The notes beneath the pieces are model-generated. The model was not told the DNA's origin, made no database searches, and saw nothing but the letters and a program-made list of their open reading frames with translations. A stretch of DNA of 64,000 bases from Candidatus Latescibacterota bacterium (GTDB lineage Bacteria > Latescibacterota > UBA2968 > UBA8231): assembly GCA_965223905.1 (NCBI GenBank), contig CBDCXV010000002.1, positions 288,001 through 352,000 of the forward strand, written 5' to 3'. How positions within the stretch are numbered: the stretch's first letter is position 1; every line of letters begins with the position of its first letter. The position numbers were made by a program, and so were the translations under genes. Shown piece after piece: positions 19,161-33,293 of the stretch.

Positions 19161-22100
19161 ATGATCGCGCGCAGAACCTGTCTCGCCGCCGCCGTCGCCG
19201 TCGCCCTCACCGGGACGAGCTGCGACAGGGAACGCAGCAATCCGCTCGATCCCCAGGGGGATTTCGTGCGCAAGCGTCCCTCTACCCCGGGGGGATTTGG
19301 CTGCGGAGCCGGGAGTAGGCGTGGTGCGGCTGAGCTGGCAGGCGGTCGAGGATCTCGACCTGGCGGGGTATGCCCTGTTGCGGTCGGAGGACGCGGCCGC
19401 GGAATTCACCTTTCTCCCCGGCCGGGGCCCCGGCGGCGCCACCATTACAACCGGGAAGACCTCCTACGTCGACTCGCTGCACTCCTTCCCGGGGAGGACC
19501 TTTTTCTATCGCGTCGCCGCGGTCGACACCTCCAGGCTGCAGAGCGAGCCGTCCGGTTTTGTGGGGGCCACGGTTCTCGAGGACAAGGTCGCACCCGAGC
19601 CGCCCCGGAGCCTGGCGGCGATTCCGGACGAGAGCGAGCCGCGCGTCACCCTCGTATGGACACCTCCGGTGCGCGACGCCGGCGGCGGCGAGCTTTCCGG
19701 GTTGGCCGGGTACGCGATCCTGCGGAGGGAACCGGGGTCGGGCGGAACCGTGCCTGTCGACACCGTCGCCGCGGAGACCCGGCAGTACGTCGACGACGGC
19801 CTGAAAGCGCTGACGTCGTACAGCTATTCGATAGTGGCCTTCGACGGGGCGGGAAATACGAGCAGCCTTTCGCAGGTCGTGCAGGTCACCACCCCGGGGA
19901 TGCCGGTCCCCGCCAATCTCGCCGCGGAATCCCGTGCGGGCCGCATCGAGGTGAGCTGGGCGGCGGTATCCGACGAGGAGCTTCTGGGGTATGACCTGTA
20001 TCGGTCGGAGCGTCCCGACGAGTTGTTCGAGCGGCTGCCGGGGACGGAGGGGACGCCTTTTACGACGGGTCGCACGAGCTACGTGGATACGAGCGTGGTG
20101 GCGGGCCGTCCGTATTACTACAAGGTGCAGTCGGTGGGCCGTACACACCGTTCGGAGTTGTCGGTCTTCGTGGACGGGGAGGCGCTGGCGGACGAGGTGC
20201 CTCCGGAGTCACCGCGCAATCTGTCGGCGGTGGCGGACGGATCGGAGTTTGGCCGGGTGTCGGTGACTTGGAACGTGCCGCTGGTGGATGACGACGGGGG
20301 TGAGCTGACCGGTCTGTCGGGGTATCGGGTGTTCCGGTCGCAGGGAACGACGGACTCGTTCGTGCAGGTGGCGGCGGTGTCCGAGGCCCGGTATGAGGAC
20401 AGCGGGTTGGAGGAGTCGACGACGTATTTCTACACGGTGTCGGCGGTGGACGGGTCGGGGAACGAGTCGGGGCGTGCGGCGGCGGTGCGGGTGAAGACGC
20501 AGGGGGAGGACCGGGTATCTCCGGCAGTTCCCCGGAACGTGTCGGCGGTATCGGAGGCGGGTTTTTCGGACCGGATCGCGGTGCGCTGGAGCGCGCCGAC
20601 GACGGACGCGGACGGGGGGGATCTGACGGGGTTGTCGGGATTCACGGTGTATCGCTCGGAGGGGGTATCGGGTTCGCTGGTGGCGGTGTCGACGGTGGGA
20701 TCGGAGGCTCGGGAGTATGTGGACGCAGGGTTGCGTGCGCTGACGGAGTATGGGTATGCGGTGTCTGCGTTCGACGGGTCGGGTAACGAGTCGGGTCAGT
20801 CTGCGGTGTCGCGAGCTCGCACGGAGGGGATCGCGGTACCGTCGGGGGTCCGGGCAGCAGACGGGATCGGCCGCATCGAGGTGAACTGGGCGGCGGTATC
20901 CGACGAGGAGCTTCTGGGGTATGACCTGTATCGGTCGGAGCGTCCCGACGAGTTGTTCGAGCGGCTGCCGGGGACGGAGGGGACGCCTTTTACGACGGGT
21001 CGCACGAGCTACGTGGATACGAGCGTGGTGGCGGGCCGTCCGTATTACTACAAGGTGCAGTCGGTGGGCCGAACGCACCGTTCGGAGCTGTCCTCCCAGG
21101 TGGGTGCGGAGGCTTTGGCCGACGAGGTATCTCCGGGAGTACCTCGGAACGTGTCGGCGGTATCGGAGGCGGGTTTTTCGGACCGGATCACGGTGCGCTG
21201 GAGCGCGCCGACGACGGACGCGGACGGGGGGGATCTGACGGGGTTGTCGGGATTCACGGTGTATCGCTCGGAGGGGGTATCGGGCTCGCTGGTGGCGGTG
21301 TCGACGGTGGGATCGGAGGCTCGGGAGTATGTGGATGAAGGGTTGCGTGCGCTGACGGAGTATGGGTATGCGGTGTCTGCGTTCGACGGGTCGGGTAACG
21401 AGTCGGGTCAGTCTGCGGTGTCGCGAGCTCGCACGGAGGGGATCGCGGTACCGTCGGGGGTCCGGGCAGCAGACGGGATCGGCCGCATCGAGGTGAACTG
21501 GGCGGCGGTATCCGACGAGGAGCTTCTGGGGTATGACCTGTATCGGTCGGAGCGTCCCGACGAGTTGTTCGAGCGGCTGCCGGGGACGGAGGGGACGCCT
21601 TTTACGACGGGTCGCACGAGCTACGTGGATACGAGCGTGGTGGCGGGCCGTCCGTATTACTACAAGGTGCAGTCGGTGGGCCGTACACACCGTTCGGAGT
21701 TGTCGGTCTTCGTGGACGGGGAGGCGCTGGCGGACGAGGTGCCTCCGGAGTCACCGCGCAATCTGTCGGCGGTGGCGGACGGATCGGAGTTTGGCCGGGT
21801 GTCGGTGACTTGGAACGTGCCGCTGGTGGATGACGACGGGGGTGAGCTGACCGGTCTGTCGGGGTATCGGGTGTTCCGGTCGCAGGGAACGACGGACTCG
21901 TTCGTGCAGGTGGCGGCGGTGTCCGAGGCCCGGTATGAGGACAGCGGGTTGGAGGAGTCGACGACGTATTTCTACACGGTGTCGGCGGTGGACGGGTCGG
22001 GGAACGAGTCGGGGCGTGCGGCGGCGGTGCGGGTGAAGACGCAGGGGGAGGACCGGGTATCTCCGGCAGTTCCCCGGAACGTGTCGGCGGTATCGGAGGC

Positions 22101-25100
22101 GGGTTTTTCGGACCGGATCGCGGTGCGCTGGAGCGCACCGACGACGGACGCGGACGGGGGGGATCTGACGGGGTTGTCGGGATTCACGGTGTATCGTTCG
22201 GAGGGGGTATCGGGCTCGCTGGTGGCGGTGTCGACGGTGGGATCGGAGGCGCGGGAGTATGTGGATGAAGGGTTGCGTGCGTTGACGGAGTATGGGTATG
22301 CGGTGTCTGCGTTCGACGGGTCGGGTAACGAGTCGGGTCAGTCTGCGGTGTCGCGAGCTCGCACGGAGGGGATCGCGGTACCGTCGGGGGTCCGGGCAGC
22401 AGACGGGATCGGCCGCATCGAGGTGAGCTGGGAGGCGGTGTCGGACGAGGAGCTTCTGGGATATGACGTGTATCGCTCGGAGCGTCCCGACGAGTTGTTC
22501 GAGCGGCTGCCGGGGACGGAGGGGACGCCTTTTACGACGGGTCGCACGAGCTACGTGGATACGAGCGTGGTGGCGGGCCGTCCGTATTACTACAAGGTGC
22601 AGTCGGTGGGCCGAACGCACCGTTCGGAGCTGTCCTCCCAGGTGGGTGCGGAGGCTTTGGCCGACGAGGTATCTCCGGCAGTACCGCGGAACGTGTCGGC
22701 AGTATCGGAGGCGGGTTTTTCGGACCGGATCGCGGTGCGCTGGAGCGCGCCGACGACGGACGCGGACGGGGGGGATCTGACGGGGTTGTCGGGATTCACG
22801 GTGTATCGCTCGGAGGAGGTATCGGGTTCGCTGGTGGCGGTGTCGACGGTGGGATCGGAGGCTCGGGAGTATGTGGATGAAGGGTTGCGGGCGCTGACGG
22901 AGTATGGGTATGCGGTGTCTGCGTTCGACGGGTCCGGTAATGAGTCGGGTCAGTCTGCGGTGTCGCGAGCTCGCACGGAGGGGATCGCGGTACCGTCGGG
23001 GGTTCGCGCCCGGGACGGTATCGGCCGCATCGAGGTGAGTTGGGAGGCGGTATCCGACGAGAAGTTGATCGGCTACAACGTCTACCGTTCGTCGCGTCCC
23101 GACCTGGAGTTCGAGCTTCTGGGTTCGGTGACGGGGGCGTCGTTCACGACGGCTCGTACGAGCTACGTCGATTCGAATCTGGTCTCCGGGGCGCGCTATT
23201 ACTACAAGGTGTCGTCGGTGTCGTCGGCATTCGAAAGCGAGCTGTCCGGATATGTGAGCGGGGAGTCACAGCCGGACGTCTCGGCTCCTGAGCCTCCGGG
23301 AGGGGTGGTTGCGACGGCTTTGGAGGAGGGGGTTCAGGTCCGTCTGAGCTGGCGGGCCTCGCAGCATGACGCGGACGGGGGTGAGCTGACCGGTCTGCAA
23401 GGGTATGTGATTTTCCGCTCGTCGGAGGGCTCTTCGGAGCTGGTGGCGGTGGACACGGTGTCGGCGGGGACGACGGAGTATGTCGACGCGGGTCTGGAAG
23501 CGGCGGTGGTCTACTCCTACGCGCTGATGGCGGTGGACGCATCGGGCAACGCGAGTGGGTTGACGTCGCCGGTATCGACGAGGACGCCGGGTCTGTCGCC
23601 GCCATCGGGTTTGTCGGCGGTGTCGGGCATCGGCCGCATCACGGTTACCTGGGCGGGGAGCGCGGAATCGGACCTGATCGGGTTCAACGTGTATCGCTCG
23701 GAGCGTCCCGACGAGTTGTTCGAGCGGCTGCCGGGGACGGAGGGGACGCCTTTTACGACGGGTCGCACGAGCTACGTGGATACGAGCGTGGTGGCGGGCC
23801 GTCCGTATTACTACAAGGTGCAGTCGGTGGGCCGTACGCACCGTTCGGAGTTGTCGGTCTTCGTGGACGGGGAGGCGCTGGCGGACGAGGTGCCTCCGGA
23901 GTCACCGCGCAATCTGTCGGCGGTGGCGGACGGATCGGAGTTTGGCCGGGTGTCGGTGACTTGGAACGTGCCGCTGGTGGATGACGACGGGGGTGAGCTG
24001 ACCGGTCTGTCGGGGTATCGGGTGTTCCGGTCGCAGGGAACGACGGACTCGTTCGTGCAGGTGGCGGCGGTGTCCGAGGCCCGGTATGAGGACAGCGGGT
24101 TGGAGGAGTCGACGACGTATTTCTACACGGTGTCGGCGGTGGACGGGTCGGGGAACGAGTCGGGGCGTGCGGCGGCGGTGCGGGTGAAGACGCAGGGGGA
24201 GGACCGGGTGTCTCCGGCAGTTCCCCGGAACGTGTCGGCGGTATCGGAGGCGGGTTTTTCGGACCGGATCGCGGTGCGCTGGAGCGCACCGACGACGGAC
24301 GCGGACGGGGGGGATCTGACGGGGTTGTCGGGATTCACGGTGTATCGTTCGGAGGGGGTATCGGGCTCGCTGGTGGCGGTGTCGACGGTGGGATCGGAGG
24401 CGCGTGAGTATGTGGACGCAGGGTTGCGTGCGCTGACGGAGTATGGGTATGCGGTGTCTGCGTTCGACGGGTCGGGTAACGAGTCGGGTCAGTCTGCGGT
24501 GTCGCGAGCTCGCACGGAGGGGATCGCGGTACCGTCGGGGGTCCGGGCAGCAGACGGGATCGGCCGCATCGAGGTGAGCTGGGCGGCGGTATCCGACGAG
24601 GAGCTTCTGGGATATGACCTGTATCGCTCGGAGCGTCCCGACGAGTTGTTCGAGCGGCTGCCGGGGACGGAGGGGACGCCTTTTACGACGGGTCGCACGA
24701 GCTACGTGGATACGAGCGTGGTGGCGGGCCGTCCGTATTACTACAAGGTGCAGTCGGTGGGCCGTACGCACCGTTCGGAGCTGTCCTCCCAGGTGGGTGC
24801 GGAGGCTTTGGCCGACGAGGTATCTCCGGCAGTTCCTCGGAACGTGTCGGCGGTATCGGAGGCGGGTTTTTCGGACCGGATCGCGGTGCGCTGGAGCGCA
24901 CCGACGACGGACGCGGACGGGGGGGATCTGACGGGGTTGTCGGGATTCACGGTGTATCGTTCGGAGGGGGTATCGGGCTCGCTGGTGGCGGTGTCGACGG
25001 TGGGATCGGAGGCGCGTGAGTATGTGGACGCAGGGTTGCGTGCGTTGACGGAGTATGGGTATGCGGTGTCTGCGTTCGACGGGTCGGGTAACGAGTCGGG

Positions 25101-27285
25101 TCAGTCTGCGGTGTCGCGAGCTCGCACGGAGGGGATCGCGGTACCGTCGGGGGTCCGGGCAGCAGACGGGATCGGCCGCATCGAGGTGAGCTGGGAGGCG
25201 GTGTCGGACGAGGAGCTTCTGGGATATGACGTGTATCGCTCGGAGCGTCCCGACGAGTTGTTCGAGCGGCTGCCGGGGACGGAGGGGACGCCTTTTACGA
25301 CGGGTCGCACGAGCTACGTGGATACGAGCGTGGTGGCGGGCCGTCCGTATTACTACAAGGTGCAGTCGGTGGGCCGAACGCACCGTTCGGAGCTGTCCTC
25401 CCAGGTGGGTGCGGAGGCTTTGGCCGACGAGGTATCTCCGGCAGTACCGCGGAACGTGTCGGCGGTATCGGAGGCGGGTTTTTCGGACCGGATCGCGGTG
25501 CGCTGGAGCGCGCCGACGACGGACGCGGACGGGGGGGATCTGACGGGGTTGTCGGGATTCACGGTGTATCGCTCGGAGGAGGTATCGGGTTCGCTGGTGG
25601 CGGTGTCGACGGTGGGATCGGAGGCTCGGGAGTATGTGGATGAAGGGTTGCGGGCGCTGACGGAGTATGGGTATGCGGTGTCTGCGTTCGACGGGTCCGG
25701 TAATGAGTCGGGTCAGTCTGCGGTGTCGCGAGCTCGCACGGAGGGGATCGCGGTACCGTCGGGGGTTCGCGCCCGGGACGGTATCGGCCGCATCGAGGTG
25801 AGTTGGGAGGCGGTATCCGACGAGAAGTTGATCGGCTACAACGTCTACCGTTCGTCGCGTCCCGACCTGGAGTTCGAGCTTCTGGGTTCGGTGACGGGGG
25901 CGTCGTTCACGACGGCTCGTACGAGCTACGTCGATTCGAATCTGGTCTCCGGGGCGCGCTATTACTACAAGGTGTCGTCGGTGTCGTCGGCATTCGAAAG
26001 CGAGCTGTCCGGATATGTGAGCGGGGAGTCACAGCCGGACGTCTCGGCTCCTGAGCCTCCGGGAGGGGTGGTTGCGACGGCTTTGGAGGAGGGGGTTCAG
26101 GTCCGTCTGAGCTGGCGGGCCTCGCAGCATGACGCGGACGGGGGTGAGCTGACCGGTCTGCAAGGGTATGTGATTTTCCGCTCGTCGGAGGGCTCTTCGG
26201 AGCTGGTGGCGGTGGACACGGTGTCGGCGGGGACGACGGAGTATGTCGACGCGGGTCTGGAAGCGGCGGTGGTCTACTCCTACGCGCTGATGGCGGTGGA
26301 CGCATCGGGCAACGCGAGTGGGTTGACGTCGCCGGTATCGACGAGGACGCCGGGTCTGTCGCCGCCATCGGGTTTGTCGGCGGTGTCGGGCATCGGCCGC
26401 ATCACGGTTACCTGGGCGGGGAGCGCGGAATCGGACCTGATCGGGTTCAACGTGTATCGCTCGGAGCGTCCCGACGAGTTGTTCGAGCGGCTGCCGGGGA
26501 CGGAGGGGACGCCTTTTACGACCGGCCAGACCACTTATGTCGATACCGGGTTTGTCGGCGGAGAGGTTTTCTTCTATCGCGTAAGTGTCGTCACCTCCCA
26601 GGGAGAGAGCGGCCTGTCGGAGTTCGACGGAGCCACGGTGGAAACCGACTCGCGCCCCCCGGCGGCCCCGACCTTCCTGTCCGGAGAGGCGGTCGTGGGA
26701 GATCCCGAGGTCATCCTGCTGGAATGGCGGGCGCCCTCCAGCGACTTCAGCGGCGCCGAGCTAACCGGTCTCTCGGGATACCTGGTGTTCCGCGCGGACA
26801 GCCCCTCCGGGCCGTTCAGGGAAATAGGAAGCTCGGAAACCGCGGAATACCGGGACAGCGGACTCGAGCAGAGGACGACCTACTACTACCAGATCCAGGC
26901 GCTCGACCCGGCCAGCAACGCAAGCGCGCCATCGGAGACCGAGTCCGCGACGACCTCGGGGGTGGACATTCCGAAGAACGTCTCGCTCTCCTCGACAACG
27001 CCGTCCGACCTGACGAAGAATCCGGTTGTCACGATCAGGTGGGAGGCGTCGGCAGGGGTCGTTCTGCGATACGAGGTGGAGAGAACGACGGTGCCGAACA
27101 GCACCGACGACCCCGATTACACCGCAATTCCGCCGGCCAGCGGCATCAAGAACGACATCAGGACCAGTCGCGAGGACGATACGGTGGAAAGGGGAGTGAC
27201 CTACTACTACCGGGTGCGGGCGGTCGACGCGGAGTCGCGGGAAAGCGATTGGACGATGCCGCTTGCCGTCAAGGTGTCGGAGTGA
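19161..27285 (+). CDS. Giant fibronectin type III repeat lipoprotein (~26 FN3 domains); signal peptide separated from the body by a +1 frameshift near 19289-19294
   Basis: 19161 encodes a lipoprotein-like signal (LAAAVAVALTGTS-C-DRERSNPLDP). Removing one G from the G6 run joins it to the 2662-aa ORF, reading STPGDLAAEPGVGVVRLSW. FN3 motifs: W...GY.VYRS...YVD..L....YYY.V.A.D..GNES. Confidence 0.88.
19945..26522 (+). repeat. Intragenic array of near-identical ~300-bp FN3 modules; offsets of 612, 930, 1542 and 2763 bp
   Basis: The same DNA blocks recur at 19991/20921/21533/22463/24614/25226; the block at 23040 recurs at 25803. Confidence 0.95.
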
Positions 27286-27499
27286 GTTAAGCCTGCGACA
27301 GCCCCGTGGCGATTCTGGAACAGAGGGAAAGGGTCGGGCCCGGCTGCGGGCGTCGCCGCTACTGAGGAGGGGCCCCGGGGATGCCGTCGAAATTTAAACC
27401 CGCCGCCTGGACGGCAGCCGTTCTCCGTCGAGAACGGGGGATTGTACCCGCCTCAAGGTTTCGCCGCCGCAGTGCCCGATTGATCCCGATTGATCAGGA

Positions 27500-28928
27500 A
27501 TGAGTGGAATCAGTGAAGGCGGGACATCTCCGGACGAACTGGCGGCAGCCGTTGGCCAGTGGTTCCGCGACACCACCGGAGAGGCCGGCGCCGGGATCGT
27601 GGCGGCGGTGTCGGGGGGGCTTGACTCCATGGTGCTTCTCGACCTCCTCGCCCGCGACCCGCAGCTTTGCCCGCGACTGCACGTCGCGCATTTCGACCAC
27701 CAGCTGCGGCCCGAGTCAGGGGCCGACGCTGTTTTCGTCGCGGAGGAGGGGGCCCGGCGCCAGCTGCCTGTGATCACGGAAGCGGGGGACGTGAGAAGGC
27801 GCGCCGCAGATGCGCGGATCTCCTTCGAAATGGCTGCACGGGAGCTACGCTTCGAGTTTCTGCACCGCGTCATGACGGAGGCGGGGTGTGAGTTTATCGC
27901 CCTGGGACACCACGCGGACGACCAGGCCGAAACCGTTATCATGCGTCTGCTGCGCGGCAGCGCTTCGGGTCTGGGCGGTATGGCGCCGGTTCGCGGCAAG
28001 CGCTATCTGCGACCATTGCTGGCCTACACCCGCGACACCCTCGCCGAGTACGCCGCGCACCGGGAAGTCGCCTACTGCGACGACGCCAGCAACCGCGACC
28101 CGAAGTTTCTGCGCAACAGGGTGCGCAGCGAGCTGCTTCCGCGGCTGCGCTCGTTCAACCCGCAAATCGTCCGTACCCTCACGCGTTCGTCGGAACTCCT
28201 TCGCGACGAGGACGACTGGCTGGCCGGGGAGGCTTCAGCCGCGGCCGCGGCGGCTGTCACCCGCGCCGACTCCACCCGAATCGTCCTTGCTGCCCCCACC
28301 CTCGCCAACTATCATATAGCTATACAGCGCAGGGTGTTACGGCATTCGTTGCGTGCGGTTTCGCCACCTCGCGCCGAGGCCGGTCGCGCGGTGATCGACA
28401 CCCTCGTCGATCTGGCGCAGGGGCCGGTCGCGGGAATCGTCGATCTCGGTTCGGGGATGCGGGCACAGCGCCGCGGCGACAGCCTGGTGCTGAGCGCGGG
28501 AGCGGCGGCTCCCGTGGACCGGTCGTTCGAGGCTCCCGCAGCCGTATTCCTTCCCGAGCGCTCGCTCGAGTTCCACTCGCGCTTCCTTCCGGGCAGATCA
28601 TTCGCGGACCTGGCGCCGCGACTGGGATCCTGGGAAGCGGTTTTCGACGCCGACTCGCTGGGGCCCGAGCCGTTGCGCCTGCGCGGAATGGAGGAGGGAG
28701 ACAGGATGCAGCCGTTCGGACTCGAGGGACGCCACAAGAAGGTCAGCGACCTCCTGGCAGAGGCTGGCTACCCCCGCCTGCTGCGCGATGAACCGCTGCT
28801 GCTGACCCGTGGCTGCGAGATCCTATGGGTCGCCGGCTTGCGTACCGGTCACGGCCATCGCGTCACCTCGGCGACCAGGCATATCCTGCACTGCGAGTTC
28901 AAGCCCCCCGACACAGCGAGCCAGCGAA

Positions 28929-28936
<8 letters not shown>
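27500..28936 (+). CDS. tilS: tRNA(Ile)-lysidine synthetase
   Basis: AVSGGLDSMVLL, HFDHQLR, GHHADDQAET, RPLL, RNRVR, plus the C-terminal TilS domain. Confidence 0.96.
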
Positions 28937-30955
<2,019 letters not shown>

Positions 30956-30959
<4 letters not shown>

Positions 30960-31843
30960 TCTGGAGTTTGCGGGGCGAGAACCGCAGTGTCGATTTCCGC
31001 TCCCGCGTCCGGATCATGGGCATCCTCAACGTCACCCCCGATTCATTCTACGACGGCGGACGCTACGACGAGGTCGGGCGCGCTGTGGACCGGGCGTTGC
31101 AACTGGAAGCGGAAGGGGCCGACATCATCGATGTCGGCGGCGAGTCCTCGCGTCCACCGATGTACGGAGCCGCCGCGGCCGTGAGCGCCGCCGCGGAGTG
31201 CCGCCGGGTGGTTCCTGTAATCGAGGGAATCCGGACGCGGTCCCAAGTTCCCATTTCGGTCGACACGACCAAGGCCGAGGTGGCCCGCGAGGCGCTTTCC
31301 TCGGGCGCCGACATAATCAACGATATCAGCGCCCTCGGTGACCCGGAAATGGCCCCCGTCGCCGCCGAAGCCGCAGCGCCGATGATTCTGATGCACCGCC
31401 GCGGCACTCCGGCGACCATGCAGCTCGACACCCGCTACGACGACCTGCTGGGTGAAATCGCCGGCTTCCTCGGCTCTCGAATGGACGCGGCCACCGCTGC
31501 CGGCGTAGACCGCCGGCATCTGGCGGTCGACCCCGGTCTGGGGTTCGGCAAATCGATCGGCGGCAATCTGACCCTGATCGCCGAGCTGCCCCGCTTCCGC
31601 AGCTTCGGCTGTCCCATCGTCGTCGGCCCCTCCCGCAAGTCCTTCCTGTGGAAGCCACTCGGGCTCTCGGCCGGGGACTGCCTAGAACCGAGCCTGGCGG
31701 CCGCGGCCCTGGCCGTTGCCCGCGGCGCAAACGCGGTGCGGGTCCACGACGTCGCCCCGTCTTTCAGGGCCGTGCGCACCGCCGAGGCGGTCGAGCATGC
31801 CTCTCGACCGGGGGCGCCGCCCCCGGAGTCCGGAGCGGAATAG
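30956..31843 (+). CDS. folP: Dihydropteroate synthase
   Basis: MGILNVTPDSFYDGG, DVGGESSRP, DPGLGFGK, SRKSF, RVHDV. ATGA overlap with ftsH. Confidence 0.96.
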
Positions 31844-32664
31844 TGGTAGCTGACGAACTCATCCTCTTCAGGCTGTTCGGGTTCCTGCCGGTATCGGTGT
31901 TCTCCATCGTCGACATCGCCATCGTGGCCTTCATCTTCTACCGGCTGCTGAACCTGATCCGCGGCACGCCTGCGGCGCAGATGCTGGTCGGGCTGTTCCT
32001 GCTGGTTACCATCGCCCTCGCCTCCCGCTGGCAGGAGCTGACGGCGACCTCGTACCTGCTCGAGCAGGTGCAGTCGATCCTCATCATCCTGCTGGTCATC
32101 GTATTTCAGCCGGAGCTGCGCCGCATGCTGCTCGTTCTCGGTCAGAGCCCACTGCTGAGGTGGTTCTACAAAACGGAGCCGTCTCGCGTGATCGACGAAA
32201 TCGCCAGCGGCGCCGAGCAGCTTGCTTCGAACGGATACGGAGCCCTGATCGTCATCGGCAGGGAGGCGGGCTTGCAATCGGTGATCGAATCAGGGGTGCC
32301 GCTGGACGCGAAGGTGTCGGCCGACCTGCTGACCACGATTTTCACTCCCCGCTCACCCCTCCACGACCAGGCCGTGGTGGTGCTGGGAGAAACGCTGGTA
32401 GCTGCCCGCTGTACTCTTCCGCTCGCAGACAAAGTGGCGGACCAGAGGCTGGGGACCCGGCACCGGGCCGCCCTCGGCCTTTCCCAGGAGACGGATGCGA
32501 TCACCGTGGTCGTCTCCGAGGAATCCCGGGCCATCTCGCTGACCGCCGGAGGTGGCTTGTACCGGGGCCTGGACGCGAGAGAGCTCAGGCGCCGTCTGAC
32601 CGAGCTGATGTCCACCCGGGGACAATCCTCCGTCCAGCCGGACGAGTTGGCGATCGAGCCCTGA
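31843..32664 (+). CDS. cdaA: Diadenylate cyclase CdaA
   Basis: Three TM segments, FQPELRR, PLHDQA (variant of DGA), GTRHRAALG, VVSEE. Confidence 0.92.
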   Translation: MVADELILFRLFGFLPVSVFSIVDIAIVAFIFYRLLNLIRGTPAAQMLVGLFLLVTIALASRWQELTATSYLLEQVQSILIILLVIVFQPELRRMLLVLGQSPLLRWFYKTEPSRVIDEIASGAEQLASNGYGALIVIGREAGLQSVIESGVPLDAKVSADLLTTIFTPRSPLHDQAVVVLGETLVAARCTLPLADKVADQRLGTRHRAALGLSQETDAITVVVSEESRAISLTAGGGLYRGLDARELRRRLTELMSTRGQSSVQPDELAIEP

Positions 32665-32700
32665 TCACCCCCTGGCCGTTCCGGTTCCCGCAGCCCCGGA

Positions 32701-32764
32701 TTGACAGCCTCCGGGGCCGGAATAGGTTATAATCTTTATTCATCGTTTTGAATAATTATTGACC
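32701..32764 (+). promoter_or_regulatory. arg operon promoter with two tandem ARG boxes
   Basis: TTGACA at 32701 and TATAAT at 32728. Box cores ATAATCTTTATTCA (32729) and TGAATAATTATTGA (32749) resemble TGAATnnnnATTCA and start 20 bp apart. Confidence 0.75.
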
Positions 32765-32807
32765 GAAGCTTGAGCGGTCACGGACGCTTGGACACGCTTC
32801 AAGGACC

Positions 32808-33293
32808 ATGAAGGCCAAGGAACTGCGGCAAGCCAGGATCAGGGAACTGCTGGAGCGGGACCAGATCGATACGCACGAAAAAATGGCTCGCGCCCTTGCC
32901 GGGATGTCGATCGAGGTGAGCCAGTCGACCCTGTCGAAGGACCTGCGCGAGTTGGGGGTAGTTCGCGTGCCCCGGCCCGAGGGCGGGTTCCGCTACGCCT
33001 TGCCGGAGACAGGCGTCACGCTTCGCGATCCCCGGATCCTCGAAAGGGAGCTGGGCGACTACCTGCTCGGGGTGGACCGGGCCGAAAACATGGTCGTCAT
33101 CAAGACCGTATCCGGGCACGCTCAGTCTGTTTGCGAAGCGATCGATCGCATGGGTTGGGAGGAAATAATGGGCACCCTGGCGGGAGAGAACACGATCTTC
33201 GCCCTGGCGCGCACGGCCGAGGATGGTTGCCGGATCGCCAGCCGGCTGGAGCCCACCGGACCGGCCGCGGAAAGCCGCGGGGATGAGCGGTGA
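32808..33293 (+). CDS. argR: Arginine repressor
   Basis: RQARIRELL, VSQSTLSKDLRELG, VVIKT..G.A, GTLAGENTIF. Confidence 0.95.
   Translation: MKAKELRQARIRELLERDQIDTHEKMARALAGMSIEVSQSTLSKDLRELGVVRVPRPEGGFRYALPETGVTLRDPRILERELGDYLLGVDRAENMVVIKTVSGHAQSVCEAIDRMGWEEIMGTLAGENTIFALARTAEDGCRIASRLEPTGPAAESRGDER

Noticed and set aside
19945-26522. CRISPR array or diversity-generating retroelement
   Set aside because: The repeats are ~300-bp in-frame coding modules without unique spacers. Differences are not adenine-specific, and there is no cas or reverse transcriptase gene in the window.
27290-27480. Structured ncRNA between the FN3 gene and tilS
   Set aside because: Only short GC hairpins (e.g. ccgttctc-cgtc-gagaacgg); no family motif.
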